From: Puccinia triticina
Lineage: Eukaryota
DNA length: 64,000 nt
NCBI GenBank assembly: GCA_026914245.1
Contig: CP110439.1
Coordinates: 7,316,001-7,380,000 of the forward strand
Reading direction: 5' to 3'
The notes beneath the pieces are model-generated. The model saw nothing but the letters and a program-made list of their open reading frames with translations, was not told the origin of the DNA and made no database searches. Shown piece after piece: positions 23,531-37,503 of the stretch (position 1 is its first letter; each line of letters begins with the position of its first letter). Made by a program: the position numbers and the translations under genes.

Positions 23531-25954
23531 TTAGGAGTGGGAACCGTCCGCAGGGCAGAAAAGAACTTGAATTTTTCCAATGAGATGTTTCTCATGATTT
23601 AAGAGACCATCCCAATTACAAATCTCTTGAAAGTATTCTTTGGTTGTGTTATCTGTTGGATCTGCTTTAAGCAGATGATAAAATGCAACCACGATTGCCA
23701 CCCTCATATGAGCTGATGAAAAGGGGAAAATGGCAATAAGGGGCCCCAGGTGATGTGCACGATTTGTCTTGTGTGAGGACATCACCTGGCTAATCAGATG
23801 TTCTTTCCCGAATATTTTCATGAACATTTCCAGATTGCCTGGGCAGTTATCAGAGTCCAATGGTGGTTAAAAGTCAACATCCATGGGTTCAGGTGTGAGT
23901 GAGTGAAGAAAACTCATTCTACCAACGTACCAATCACTTGAGTTGATACGGGCGTCTTAACGATATCTATTTGGGGAAGGCGGATTGGTGAAAAAGGTAC
24001 TATGAGTATGATGACATACCGGGAAGAGATTGAATAGTAATTAAATAAATAAAACAAACCTGCTTCCCATTTCCATTGTGATCCTACAGTACCTACTAGA
24101 AAATCATTTTCGTTGATCAAAGGCCTAACATACGAGATCATTCCTTGCACGTGAAGCAGAAGCTTCCCAGGGGCCGGTATATAACGGAGCAAGTTTGCCG
24201 TAAGGCTCAAGAGACCATACAAGGCAGATAGGGCCATAGGTGATATAGCGTCTGGGAAATTGGTTTTGACTCCACGCAAAGAACAAGCGAGAACTATAAG
24301 CCATTCCTTGACTTGCTTGTCCTTGGTACTGCGCGTATCCAGAATTGTTTTGAACCCCTGATATGTTAAGCGAGCTGGATATTCAGGTGTAAATTCAGTC
24401 CGCTGCACTTCTTGTATGAACATGATGCATGGGTCATTTTGCTTCAAGTGTTTCTCCTCGATTTTGACTGACCCCAGTGTAAATTATCAAGCATCATGGA
24501 GACTAGGATCAATTTGAGCAGTTCTGATATGTATGTATGCTAGAAGAAGTTCACTTACCCAACTTATACTGCTCAGCGACTGTTGGGGAAAGCCAAGCGG
24601 GCCAACAAGAAAAAATTGAAGAAGACAGGGTGGCAGAAAAAGGACAAAAAAAAATAATCTCAGTATAAAGGACTGTTGACTGTATTTCAAAGAACCAAAA
24701 ACCAGAAACTAAAACAAAGAGCATGAGAATACAGAAGACAATATGAAAAAAAGAGAAATTGGAGAACAGACCCTGAGTTGGTAAGAAAGATGTAGAAGAT
24801 GGACAACCGGACGCAATCAGGACAAGCAGGAATTAAAAGACTAAGAGAATAAAAGAGGTTAGTCGATGGTGGATGCTTGATAGATGGAGTAGAGAGAACA
24901 GACCAATGGAAGACAAAGTCAGAGTAATGGATGGATTAAGGCAGTGGATTTAGGAAGGGAAAGAAGGGAACTGAATAGAAGAAGGAGAGTTAGCAATGAG
25001 AGACAATGAGGATCGATGAGAGAGTGGAAATGCTTCGAGTGCATTTCTCACCAAGTTGAATAACTTGAGGAATTGATCGCCGTAGAATGAATCTTGAGAT
25101 CGGCGGAAGCAGCTTCGGGATCGGAGACCTTGAGGCTGAAGTTTGATTGAACGAAAGACGAGAGATGTGTCCGGAGCTGAGATGTGAGACTGAGCTGAGA
25201 TGCCGAGACCGATACAATTGGTTAGGTTTCGACTGAGTATACATTGATCAGCGCAGACACGCCGCTCGCGGTGCGCAATGCGAGAGCGCGGACTTTGAGG
25301 AAGAGCGTCGAGTTTCAACACAGTAACTGTTTTCCTACTCTCAACTACCCGCATGTGGACATTTGAACGTGTGGACTGTGGAGTAGTACTCACGCGTGTC
25401 CACATCGGCATTTTTCGGGGTCTTTAATGCTAGCCAGAGAGACATCGCGGTAAATACATATGTGAATCAGCATTAAGGTTCTTGGCAAGCAATTAGAGTG
25501 AAATGCGGAACAACACTGAGGCATACATACGTGGAGTTAGATTTCCTGAAGATCCATATCGTAAAGAGACAAATCGTGTGTCAGTTCTCGTTGAGAAATG
25601 TATGTAAATATGTAAATATGAAGAACTGGTCGAAAAGTTCTTGCAATGCGAAGAGAAACAAGAGAGAGAACAATGTACGGGAGAAGTTGTTGTATGTAGT
25701 TTGGAACTTGAAGTAGAATTATTTTACTCACGGTCAAAAATGGCAGCAATATGCTTGTAGTTTTGAACTGCTTCCTCGGCTATGGCAGATTGTGCGGGGG
25801 GGATCCAAAGTGCCATTATCCGCATTGTTTCATCTGTGGAGGAAGACGTGGAGGGACTGGCACGCCTTATCCAGGAAGCAAGTCCCGGTGTTCCTTCTGC
25901 CAGTTGGCAGATGAGGAACGAGAGGCAAAGAACGTTAGATGCTTTGAATAGCAT
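23531..25954 (-). CDS. Putative secreted protein (350 aa, 8 exons including four micro-exons); function unknown
   Basis: Leader MLFKASNVLCLSFLICQLAEG; exons 25954-25732, 25545-25531, 25429-25394, 24579-24559, 24502-24473, 24410-24060, 23999-23931, 23838-23531 join through GT-AG introns into one open 1053-nt frame. Confidence 0.7.
24674..25320. mobile_element. LTR-like insertion within intron 3 of the secreted-protein gene
   Basis: TGTTGA...TCAACA inverted ends; strong purine skew; makes this intron 814 nt while the others are under 190 nt; no TSD adjoining these ends. Confidence 0.4.
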
Positions 25955-27134
25955 CCTGTGATGCTAAAGAATGAGGAAAAGTGCGATGATGGGTGCTTGT
26001 TGGGACGGATGGGTGGGAAGGGCTTCGGGGTCATCTCCGAGCCTACGTATTTATCTACCTATTTGTTTTGAAGCAACCCGACTGATCCCTTTTGACTGCC
26101 ATCTGTTTCAAGCTATTGATTGCACATTGGTACATAATCATCAGAGATGATAATGCTGACTTGTCACAGAATCGTGGTTCTTTTACAGAGTACATATTTA
26201 TCGTCAACTCAGTCTCGACTAACGAACCTTGGTGGTTACAGGTGTCTCCAACAGCCTGCTTCAGCTGCACCATGCCTGGGCCGTGACGGTCGTGTTTGAC
26301 TCCATGTGATTGTGCGGTTTGCATCAATCCCGGAAGATGCTCTTGGTCGAACTTAACAGCAGTCCTCCACAAACCATAGGATAGCATCAGACACATACAT
26401 CGAGCTGCCGGATTATTCCATTGCCCATGTGGTCTTGACCGTCTTGCTGCTCTGAATTCTTCTTTTCTTCTTACATATCCTGGTTTCGATCTAAAAACTG
26501 ATGGAACGAGTTGCGGACATACGAAAAGGATTCAGGACGCACACGAAATATGTACATTATCATAAAATACATGATACATTCCCAAGGCTATTTGTGACAG
26601 GGAACTTCAACCCGGTGCCCTGGGCTCCTCCTACTCAAAACCCCGCAAGAGCGGCCGGCAGCCGGGGCCAAGTGTGGCTACAGCGGGTGCCACGGCTTGC
26701 GTCGGCCACTTAGCGAAGTCCTTCCTCGGCCCGAAGACAATCGCCGAGGGTTTTCGTTGCCGTCGCGTCTTAGACTTGAGGGGGCCAAGAGGAACATCAG
26801 GAGATGGAGGAAGGGGCACTCTTCTCCATCTCCTTACCTGGATTGCTCGAGCAGCAAGGGATTGCTCCTGATTGCTCCCGGGCTAACCAATGTTAAAGTA
26901 AAACCTACTTAGGTGGAGTGAACAGCACAAACGGGCTAGGCCCGGCCCGGTGGGAAATACAAGTATTACCCCTTATTGTCTAGAGGAGGAGGTGCGCAAG
27001 GGTGCGTAGCGGAGTGGCGGCAGCAACACCGCCATGGCCTGACGTCAAGGCCAAGGGACCATAATATTGGTTTTGGTGCTTATAGAGCACCCTTTCTTGC
27101 CAGCATCCCATGTACCGAAGCCGCTTTTTCTTGA

Positions 27135-28352
<1,218 letters not shown>

Positions 28353-28914
28353 TCACAGTTTCTTCCAGATCTATATTGCCGCACGATTACCGGTATTTGT
28401 TTTGTATCTTGATTGCATCATGCCCCTTGTATATTAAATTTGTAGTGTCTTTTGAACAAATTAGTTTATTTTCTTCTTTCCATTTTGTTTCATTGAGTTG
28501 TACGGTATACCAATATCCAACAAGTCTCTGATCCCTTACATCAAAGACGTGTTATTTGGAAATCCATTCAAGTTACATGCATAAAGTAGAAGCAGTGTAT
28601 GACTCATGAGTCCCAAGGGTGAAGCGCTGCGCTTCGCTACAGAAAGCGCATGATTCAGCGAAGCGGAGCGGGCCCGCGGCACAGCCCCAGCCCAATTAGT
28701 GCAAGCGAAAGCGGCCGCGGGCTGCGGTTGCGCTAAGCTTAGCACTTTCGCGCTTCTCTCCCAGAGCCGTTAGCGCGAGCGCAGCGGATTTGCGCTGCGC
28801 TTGCGCTATTTTGCAGCGCCAAAAGCGCCAAACCCACCTCTTCGCCCGCTTTTGCGCGCCAACTAGCAATATTTTGCGCTGCGCAGCAGCTCAAGCGCAG
28901 CGAAGCGCGGGAGA

Positions 28915-29150
28915 GGGCCCATCACCTATGACACTGTAGAGTTGATATCTAAAAGGCGGGCTCCCAGATGTCTGGGAAGGCGCCTTTTAGATGCCCTTCT
29001 CCGAATTGGCGGGCGGCTTAGAGCCGCTCGAGCTGCACGGAGCGCGGCTGCGAAATCCCGGCTGCCCCTCCAGACTCCATCCCTGCACCACCAGCCCCTT
29101 CCCCACCGGACACCTGACACTCCAAACTTGATGTAAATAGTACAGCCAAC
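28915..29150 (+). repeat. Dispersed repeat; a second, inverted copy is split between about 38640-38785 and 43308-43400
   Basis: CACCTATGACACTG..CTAAAAGGCGGGCTCCCAGATGTCTGGGAAGGCGCCTTTTAG..CGGCTTAGAGCCGCTC matches both pieces on the minus strand. Confidence 0.85.
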
Positions 29151-29455
29151 TTGTGCATGGTGTCATTCTGGCGCCTGGCTTATTTGGCCGAACTCACCTA
29201 CGGGTTGGATGATGGGCCGATTCGGTCAGATCAGTCCCTGCTGTTGTCGGATGTCTCGTTCCCGACAGACGCTGCTCTCCACGGTTACGCCCCGCGCGGC
29301 GAAGACGCCTCTGCCTGGTAATCCTCAGCTGCTCATTTTGAACAAACAACGGAACATACTTTGCCCAGTTGCACTGGCAGCGATATTGGGTCGGCTACGT
29401 GAGACAGGGGATGAACCAAGGTCTTTGTTGGGATACAATGAGGCAAGTACTTGGC

Positions 29456-31153
29456 TGTTGAGAGTAACTTGGGTGACACAAGACTAAGAGAGATTTAACA
29501 AGATGTCAAGGACAAAGTACTAACACAGTAAGTCAAGATATAATCATCATTCAGTGAGGAAGGATAACAGTGAGGGAAACAACTAGACTATATACATGCA
29601 CAATATAGTCCAAGTTGTTGGTGTATAGATTAGAAGCATAATACATAGTGGAATGCTAATAAACTATCTCAACACACCCCCTTGCTGATAAATCTATACA
29701 TAACAAGTCCTACTTTTCCAACCTTCACATACCCAGATCTTGAATGGCTTGGTTAGGCCAAAGGGGTTGGTCAGGACAAGCAGCTTTCAGTATCAACATC
29801 CAAACTGAGAAAGGCAAGAAAATTGTTAAACCAAGGTAGAGATCCATGCTCCACATGGTACAGGGAAAAGCCACAACAACCAATATACAACCTAGCAGAG
29901 GGGTAGGAATTACCTATAAGGCTAGACCGGAGTTTTCATCATCAGAATGGGCTGCTATCTTCTAAGAGTCATTTTTGGTGTGACTATCAGAACAAAAACA
30001 AAATAAATTAGACTGGTCACCTTGGGGGGGATAATAAAGGGAAAGAAAATCACAGTAAAACAGGATGGTAGACAACAGTTACTCTGTGAAGCTTGTGAAG
30101 AAGATAAGAAAGTAGTTCAAATGAAGCTTTTCAATCAGAGAGCTTCCTGGTTGAAGTCGCAGCCAGGACCTGGTGATGGTAGCGTGGATTCCTGCAAGAT
30201 CAAGGTCAGGGAGAGCCAATCGCGGTAGCAGATTGTTGATTGAGTTCAGGGAGAGCCAATTGCGTTAGCAGATTGTTGATTGAGTTCAGGGAGAGCCAAT
30301 TGTGGTAGCAGATCGTCAATTGAGTTCAGGGAGGATTGATTGAACGGGGCAAGACCAAGAAAATTAAGTAGTCTCTAAAGCAAACAGAAGAGCAAGGTTG
30401 TTCCAAAATGAGTGCAAAGCTGGGGAGCCTCAGTCGATGCCGCAGATGCATGGCCAGTTGTACAGGGCCAATTGGGGCGGCAAACAGGCTCAGAGCTGGT
30501 TGGCTGAAGATGAGTGGGGTTGTCCAAAGGATATCCCAGCAAAAAGCAACAAGTACATCAATCCAAGTACTTGGCGAGCTCCAAACAAGTGAGATCTTTT
30601 GATTGTTCCAAACAAGTAAAAGCGTGCTATGGCGACATCTGACGGTTCCCAATTAGTCCTGATGCGCTCCAGCAATTTGATAAAAGCTCCAAGGGGTCCA
30701 AGTGAGATCCTACAAGTTCCAAAATGATCCAAGGAGGTACGGCAAGCAAAGCAGCAATTTTGACGGGACTGTTCCATCCCAACAAGTCAAAGAGCTTCCT
30801 GAAAGTCAGATTGGGGGAGGCGGGTGGGTTACAGAAAAAGGAAAATCCGGGGGAAAGAGTGAAACCAGAAAAATGAGTGTGTTGAAAAAAAATATGAAAG
30901 GGTGCGACAGGCGGAGCACATGGGTCTCATAACCTGTTGAGAGTAACTTGGGTGACACAAGAATAAGAGAGATTTGACAAGATGTCAAGGACAAAGTCCT
31001 AACACAGTGAGTCAAGATATAATCTTCATTGAGTGAGGAAGGATAACAGTGAGGGAAACAACTAGACTATATACATGCACAATATAGACTGAGTTGTGGG
31101 TGTATAGATTAGAAGAATAATACATAGTGGAATGCTAATAAACTATCACAACA
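29456..31153 (-). mobile_element. Internally deleted Copia-type LTR retroelement
   Basis: 219-bp LTRs 29456-29674 and 30935-31153 (about a dozen differences); TSD TTGGC; PBS GGTTATGAGACCCA; PPT GCAAGGGGG; three 40-bp tandem repeats at about 30207-30333; no intact pol. Confidence 0.9.
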
Positions 31154-31996
31154 TTGGCATCAACAAGGAAAACCACAGCATTTGAGGCCATATAGCTTCA
31201 GAGTATGTGGCGCGTCCTTCAGGCACTCTTGAGGGATGAGCAAGGAAGAAGTCTGCTGGCAGTGGTAGGGTTGCTGAGTTTTGGCCAACAAAGAGCAGCA
31301 CCAGCACTCAAATGAGCACACACAATCTTTCCCATGCAGAACTGGCAATCACAGCATCACTAGAATCATTGAAGAAGAACTCTTTGGTGTTGGGATTCTT
31401 GGGACTCATCATCATCATTGACTTGTTTAGATCCAATTGGTAGTATTTATCTGTTTGCATTCCTTTTTAAAAATATCTCCCAGTTGCTTATTTATGATGT
31501 GAGCTCAGATCAGTAAGTCTTGCCAATTGAAATGTGTAGAATTTTACTGCAGAAACTCTGTTACACATTCACCTGTACTGCTAGCTGCACATAGTTTTGT
31601 TACCAAATTTGGATGTCATGAATAGATGTAGATCTCATTGAAGTTTTTGTTCACATGGCGGTTCAACTGTCAACACCAACTTGGGAAATCTTCAAGATTA
31701 ATTTCTATTTGAAGAAAAGTTTGTTTTTACAGCCTTTCTGATTTTCTATTATGTGAGATAAGAGTTTGTAAATTTACAAGCCAAATAGCACATGAAATAA
31801 TATGGCTCCATGTGAACTGGGAGTGGTTAATCATGATCACTGAGTAATTCCAAAACAAGGAGTTATGATTTTTATATCTATGAAAGATCAACTAATACTT
31901 TTGCATGAATCATCTATGTTTTTTCACTCTCAAGTAACAATTAGATCACTGTAAGTAGTGCAAACTTAGTTTAATGGCAAACCAATGCAACTCCAG

Positions 31997-32211
31997 TAGA
32001 GATTGTCATTTGGCACCTGTTGGGGGGTACCTGTCACACTTCAAACCATGCTATCCACACAACCAGGCACCAGCAATGCAAGCAGAGGGTGCAGTAATCC
32101 TCAAGGTTAAGTCCTGGACCCTTCACTTGCTTGGCTGGTGGCTAAAAGTGTGCAGAGCTTGTTCTGAAGTGTGGCAGGTACCCCCCAACAGGTGCCAAAT
32201 GACAATCTCTA
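31997..32211. mobile_element. hAT-type MITE, 215 bp
   Basis: About 37-bp TIR TAGAGATTGTCATTTGGCACCTGTTGGGGGGTACCTG; 8-bp TSD AACTCCAG. Confidence 0.95.
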
Positions 32212-32949
32212 AACTCCAGTGTAAACCAAGAAAGCTGGGGAGTCAGGACATTTGTTTGTTCACTCCCAAAGTGAAATGACTATATGTTCAGCATCAAATG
32301 AAATGTGCACTAGATTTTCTGGAAGAACTTATTTGTTATCATTTCATCCAAGTTTATTGAATCCACACAATTGTGGAGCTCAAGATCATGGTTTTGGCCC
32401 ATTTTCTTTTCAAAAAACTGTTGAATTCACTCCCCAAACACTCCGGAGAGCACCTTGGAATCACCCTCCAGCCCGTGCCGCAGCAACACACAAAAAAGGG
32501 TGGGTAAAAATGAATTTCAAGGAGGGCCTAATCAAGTGATTAGGGCAGCTCCAGGGAGGGGGTAGGACAAAACCGGATCCCCTGGGGGGAAACACACCTC
32601 CTCCTCCCTCCTTAAATAGACGTTGTGTTGCCACCCAATTCTGAACTGATGCAATACATACCTGTTTGTCACCTGCGGCCACCACCACCGCCCACGCCTC
32701 GCTGTTGATAACAACGGGCTCCCACGCAACCTATCCGGATCAAACTTGTCTGTCTTTGGAGCCTTCCCCTTGCCTCGTTGGTTCACAACCAATGCCACGG
32801 CAATAGTGCCACCAAGCAGTATTAGAGATGTCATCAGGTACCTCTTTGCGGGTACCTTGCGTCTGTGGGCAGGTACCTGTTGGCGGCTAGCAGGTACCTG
32901 CTGGTGGGTGCGGGTGTCTGGCCTGATGAGCTGCAGGCACCCCCCCCAA

Positions 32950-33965
32950 TACCCGTCTACCTCGCCAAGTGGAATCCCTCATGGCAAGCGGTATACAAAC
33001 AACCCCTCACCAAGAGGTATTCCACTCGGTGAGCTGGTATACATATACCAACTTGCCAAGATGGATCCTTCTTGGCGAGTGGGTATACTACACATACACC
33101 AGCTCGTCGCCAAGAGGGATTCCTCTTGACGGGCTGGTATGATACACCAGCTCGCCAAGAGGGCTTCATCTCGGCGAGCTGGTATACATATACCACCAGG
33201 AAAAATAAACTGTCACTAGACTACAGGTGAAATCAGCCTAAGTCCACTGAGCTATCCACCAGCTGCACAGTTGGCCACATGGACAGCCCCCTCTAGGAAA
33301 CAAAGGGGCCATTGTAGCATAGTTGTGGTAGCACCAGAGCTGGAACAAAGTGACAGTCATTGTTGCTTGATGTCACCTGATGTCTGGTGAAAATTGATTT
33401 TTCCTGGTGTATACCAACTCGCCAAGATAGATTGCTCTTGGCGAGTGGGTACACAAACACCAGCTTGTCGCCGAGAGGGATTCCTCTCGACGGGCTGGTA
33501 TGTATAATGTACACCAGCTTGCCAAGATGACTTCCTCCTGGCGGGCTGGTATGTGGACACCAGCTTGCCAAGACTTCCTCTTGACTGGCTGGTATACATG
33601 CACCAGCTCGCCAAGAGGGCTTCCTCTCGGCTGGCTGGTATACATATACCAGCTCGCCGAGAGGGCTTCCTATTGGCTGGCTGGTATACATATGCCAGCT
33701 CGCCGAGAGGGCTTCCTATCGGCTGGCTGGTATACATATGCCAGCTCGCCGAGAGGGCTTCACACCAGCTTGTCGAGAGGGCTTCCTCTCGGCTGGCTGG
33801 TATACATATACCAGCTCGCCGAGAGGGCTTCCTCTTGGCGGGCTGGAACACGTACACCAGCTCGCCAAGAGGGCTTTCTCTTGGCGGGCTGGAACACGTA
33901 CACCAGCTCGCCGAGAGGCTTCCTCTCGGCGGGGTGGTATATATACACCAACTGGCCAAGAAGGC
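32950..33965. repeat. Tandem array of about 46-bp palindromic units inside a GGGTACC-family element
   Basis: Unit CCAGCTCGCCGAGAGGGCTTCCTCTCGGCTGGCTGGTATACATATA (e.g. 33603, 33649); GGTACC-rich arms at about 32835-32945 and 33995-34090. Confidence 0.85.
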
Positions 33966-36444
33966 TTCCTTGCTTACTTAGCCGCAAAAAATCTCCACAC
34001 CCGCGGGTACCTGCTTCCTGCTCCTCAGAGGGGTGCGGGTGCGGGTGCGGGTGCTCAGAATCAGTGGTTTTTTGGGGAGGTACCCGGGTATCAAGTGACA
34101 TCTTTATGTGGTATACCCAACGTAATGAGTTCATTTGTGTGCAACTGAAATTGGAAACACTTTTTTTTTGATATTTAGCTCGGTGCCAGCACTTATCCTT
34201 GCAATTGGGACTAAAAATGCTTGCAGTATATTGCTGATCGCAAGAGTGTTTTCTTGATGATTGATTTCAGTCTAGCAAGTTCCACCCCTTGATATGACAG
34301 CTTTTTTTTGTTAAATTTTGATGTTTGACAATCTAGATGGCCCATATCTCAGGACTGATAGGCAAACCAGTGGAAACCAACCCCTTTGAGGAGTATGATG
34401 TGGTGATAAAGACAAACACAGAATGTCACAATGACCACGGTCAAGACTGATATGTTTCTGAAAGGATAAAAATGAAACAATCAAGGATTGAATTCAGAAG
34501 GTGGTGTTTGCGGGCTGCCAGGGCAAGCCACACAATCACAAAATTGCAGCCATAGCAATGGCTATGCCAAGCTTTGTAGATTATACGCGCCTAGCTTTGT
34601 AGATTAAGCACAAGCGGTGATCAAGAACTGCAAGGCTCTTCTGGCAGAATTGTTGAGCTTGGGCATAACTGGAAGCAAGGTCAAGAAGATCTGTGATCTA
34701 TGTTGAGCCCACCCCTTTGTTCAAAAATGATCCTTCACTTTTTGTCTGAAGAGACTCTCACTCTTGAGGTGATTCCTTTTTTTCCAAACTTGTTTACTAT
34801 TAACAAGACAATTCCATTTCTGGTGACAACAAGCCCATGTACCAGGATAAGTCCGGCTATGAAGGTACCTCAGCAATCAACACACGTCTTAGGAGATGGG
34901 CAGGATGGCCAACTTCATGCATTGTGTTGTCCAGAAGCTAGATTTTTGATGCTTTTGAGCAACCTTTGTAGTCGTTATTCCTGTGTTTGCAGGTGAAAAA
35001 TTCAAACTTTTATGTGTACTCTCTAAACGCCTCGAGATACAGACAAAAATACGTCAGAAATGGAATCTACGGCCAAAATAACCCTTAGTCACCCACTGAA
35101 ACCACCCTCATATCTCTACTGGATCAGAAGATACAGAAATAACACCTTTCACAAATCTAGGACAGTTCACATAGGATTTTACACACGGTATCACACACAA
35201 CTCAGCTCTAGGATACTTTGCATAGGATATTGAATTACTTTGTTTCTTTTATTTTCTTCCTTTTATTATACTCAACCACAAGTTGGCCGCTGTTTTCACA
35301 TTGCATATATATGACACTCATGTAACCCCCTAGAAGTTAGACCCCCTCTTAGTTTACTATATAAGGAGGCCTCTGCCTGCCAGTTTTTTCCTTCCCTCAT
35401 GCCATCTGGCTCCCATCATCTATCTACTCACCTGTCACAGTTATTTATTACACAGACATATCACAGTTACTTGCAATTCACACTCATAGTTGGTTTCACA
35501 AGCCTTTCACAAGCCTTTCAGGTACTGGGTTCCAATCCTGGTTGAAGCATAGCTTCCAAACCTTGACCTTCTCTTTTTCACCTTATATACCCCCTGCTCA
35601 AGGACCTGGGTTCAAGCCCTGTCCAAGTCATCAATATTTTCTGCCCATTCAGGCATCTCATCTGTTCCATAGACACTCAGAACTCTTTCCCAAATAATCC
35701 AACTATACTCTTCATCTTTGAACATATCCTTATCACTGAATAAAACTTCCAAGCTTAGCTTGGTGGTCTTGTTTTCTGATATCCAGAAAGGCAGAGTTTT
35801 GCACCTCATCCATACCTTTCGCCATTCAGCAAAAGGGTCTCACAACACCTTTTGAGTCTTACAACTTCTCTTGTCATCATCTCGCTCCCCAAAGCCTTCA
35901 GGCCAAAAGCAGTCAAGTACTTCATCAACCATTCAGAGACAAGGCTGGTTGTCAACGCCTGCCACATCATTCATGAGCTGCAATACACACATGTGACCTT
36001 GTCCATTAAGGTAATCATCTCTGCCAAAAGCACAGGAACTCCAGCCTGTTGAGCCCAAGACTGTCTTTGCTGGGGACCAGCCCCGGCACCTGAAGTGATT
36101 GGACTAACATCTTGGCATCAGCATCCAAGAAATTGAAGCAGCACTTTCCTTGGGACAAAAAGTTATGCATGTGTACTGAAATCAACACCCTTTCACCAAA
36201 GCTTGAAGTTGTTCCCATCCTACAGCTCACATTCCTTTAAGTCCAGCCTCACTGAATTCATTTGGCTGCACCTCTGGGACGCTTGGGATGCTCAAAGGGG
36301 TTGCATGACTCAATCAAACCATTGCTCTTGCGTGGTTGGGCAACTGAACTGGATCAGGTTGGACAAAAGGGCACAACATTGTGTTCTTCTCTAAACTCAG
36401 TGGCTACTGTGTCTCAGCCAACCAGCCTATATATTTGATTGCAG

Positions 36445-36855
36445 CAACGGTGGGTAGTTACGGTATGTTTATTGGTAACGTACCGATATCGTGACAATTT
36501 TTCTCTTGTTACCGTTACCGTTAACCGTAACGGAAGTGCGTTACAATATCACACACCCAGGATGTTTGAAATTTGACATCCGTTACAATATCTGCCCGCA
36601 CGGAGGGGCAGATATTGGACTGAATATGATCCAGAGGGGGACATTTTCCCCTCTTTATCTTGTTAACCGGTGGTCAACGTGTTACGCTACTAGTAACGCG
36701 AGTAACGCACCAAAAAAATCAGGCCTGTTACGATACGGGCCCGGGGTTACAACTGGTCGTTACTATCAGCGCTAACGGCGGAGCGCAGTAACAGCAAGTG
36801 TTACGCTACGCAGATGACGGCGGTTATTGTAGCGTATCGTAACTACCCACCGCTG
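36445..36855. mobile_element. MITE with CA(A/G)CGGTGGGTAGTTACG TIRs and 7-bp TSD
   Basis: ATTGCAG at 36438-36444 and 36856-36862; GTAAC/GTTAC subrepeats. Confidence 0.9.
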
Positions 36856-37477
36856 ATTGCAGCTTAGCTATGTTTTGAACTGCACTGATGCTCTGGTTAG
36901 TAAATTCTTCCTTTCTTTTCCCCCTCCCCCCCACTTCCCCCACATTATGTTATTTGTGACTCCTTTGACCTGCCAATTTTAGTTTATTTTTTCTGATGCT
37001 GGAGATTAGCTGGTTTTTTTTTGCTGCAATGTCATGCATCCTGAGGGAAGAAGAAAAATCAAAATGAGGCCTGTCCTGATTGGGTGTTATTTTTCTTTTT
37101 TTGAGTTTTCTCAGATGTGTCAAACTGTGGTGAATGTTGAATGAGTCACCTTGAATCTTTTGAACTGACTTATTTGTGATCCATACTTCAAATAAGAAGA
37201 AAGCAAAGCTTGATTTTCTCAAAATTATGGGTCTTTGTCAAGTTTCCCCAGGCTGTTCTGCAAAATCATGCAATACAGTGCCCTATCAATTGTTTAGGGT
37301 GGTGCCAAAGCTTTACCCTCAGACCTCTGGCTATAAAAAACTCATAGGAACCTGTACATACCTGGTAAAATTGCTTTGTTGAAAGGTGTTCCTCCACTGA
37401 AAAGTGGGAGAAATAATATGGAGAACTTCTCAGGTTTGAATTTGAGCTTGGTGGCCGCTTGCTGTGATGTTATTTGC

Positions 37478-37503
37478 AGCGGCAAAGCCGCCTTGGCCTC
37501 TAG
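37478..37503 (+). mobile_element. Probable Helitron 3' terminus
   Basis: GCGGC-AAA-GCCGC hairpin, then CTAG|T; same motif as at 15858. Confidence 0.5.

Noticed and set aside
33293..34171. Long overlapping ORFs (up to 223 aa) or a CRISPR-like array
   Set aside because: They are translations of a 46-bp tandem repeat; there are no unique spacers, no cas genes, and the context is eukaryotic.
35600..36400. Protein-coding gene (similar pieces at about 21100-21250 and 40770-41560)
   Set aside because: Multi-copy, degenerate and stop-ridden; probably a TE-borne gene relic that I cannot classify.
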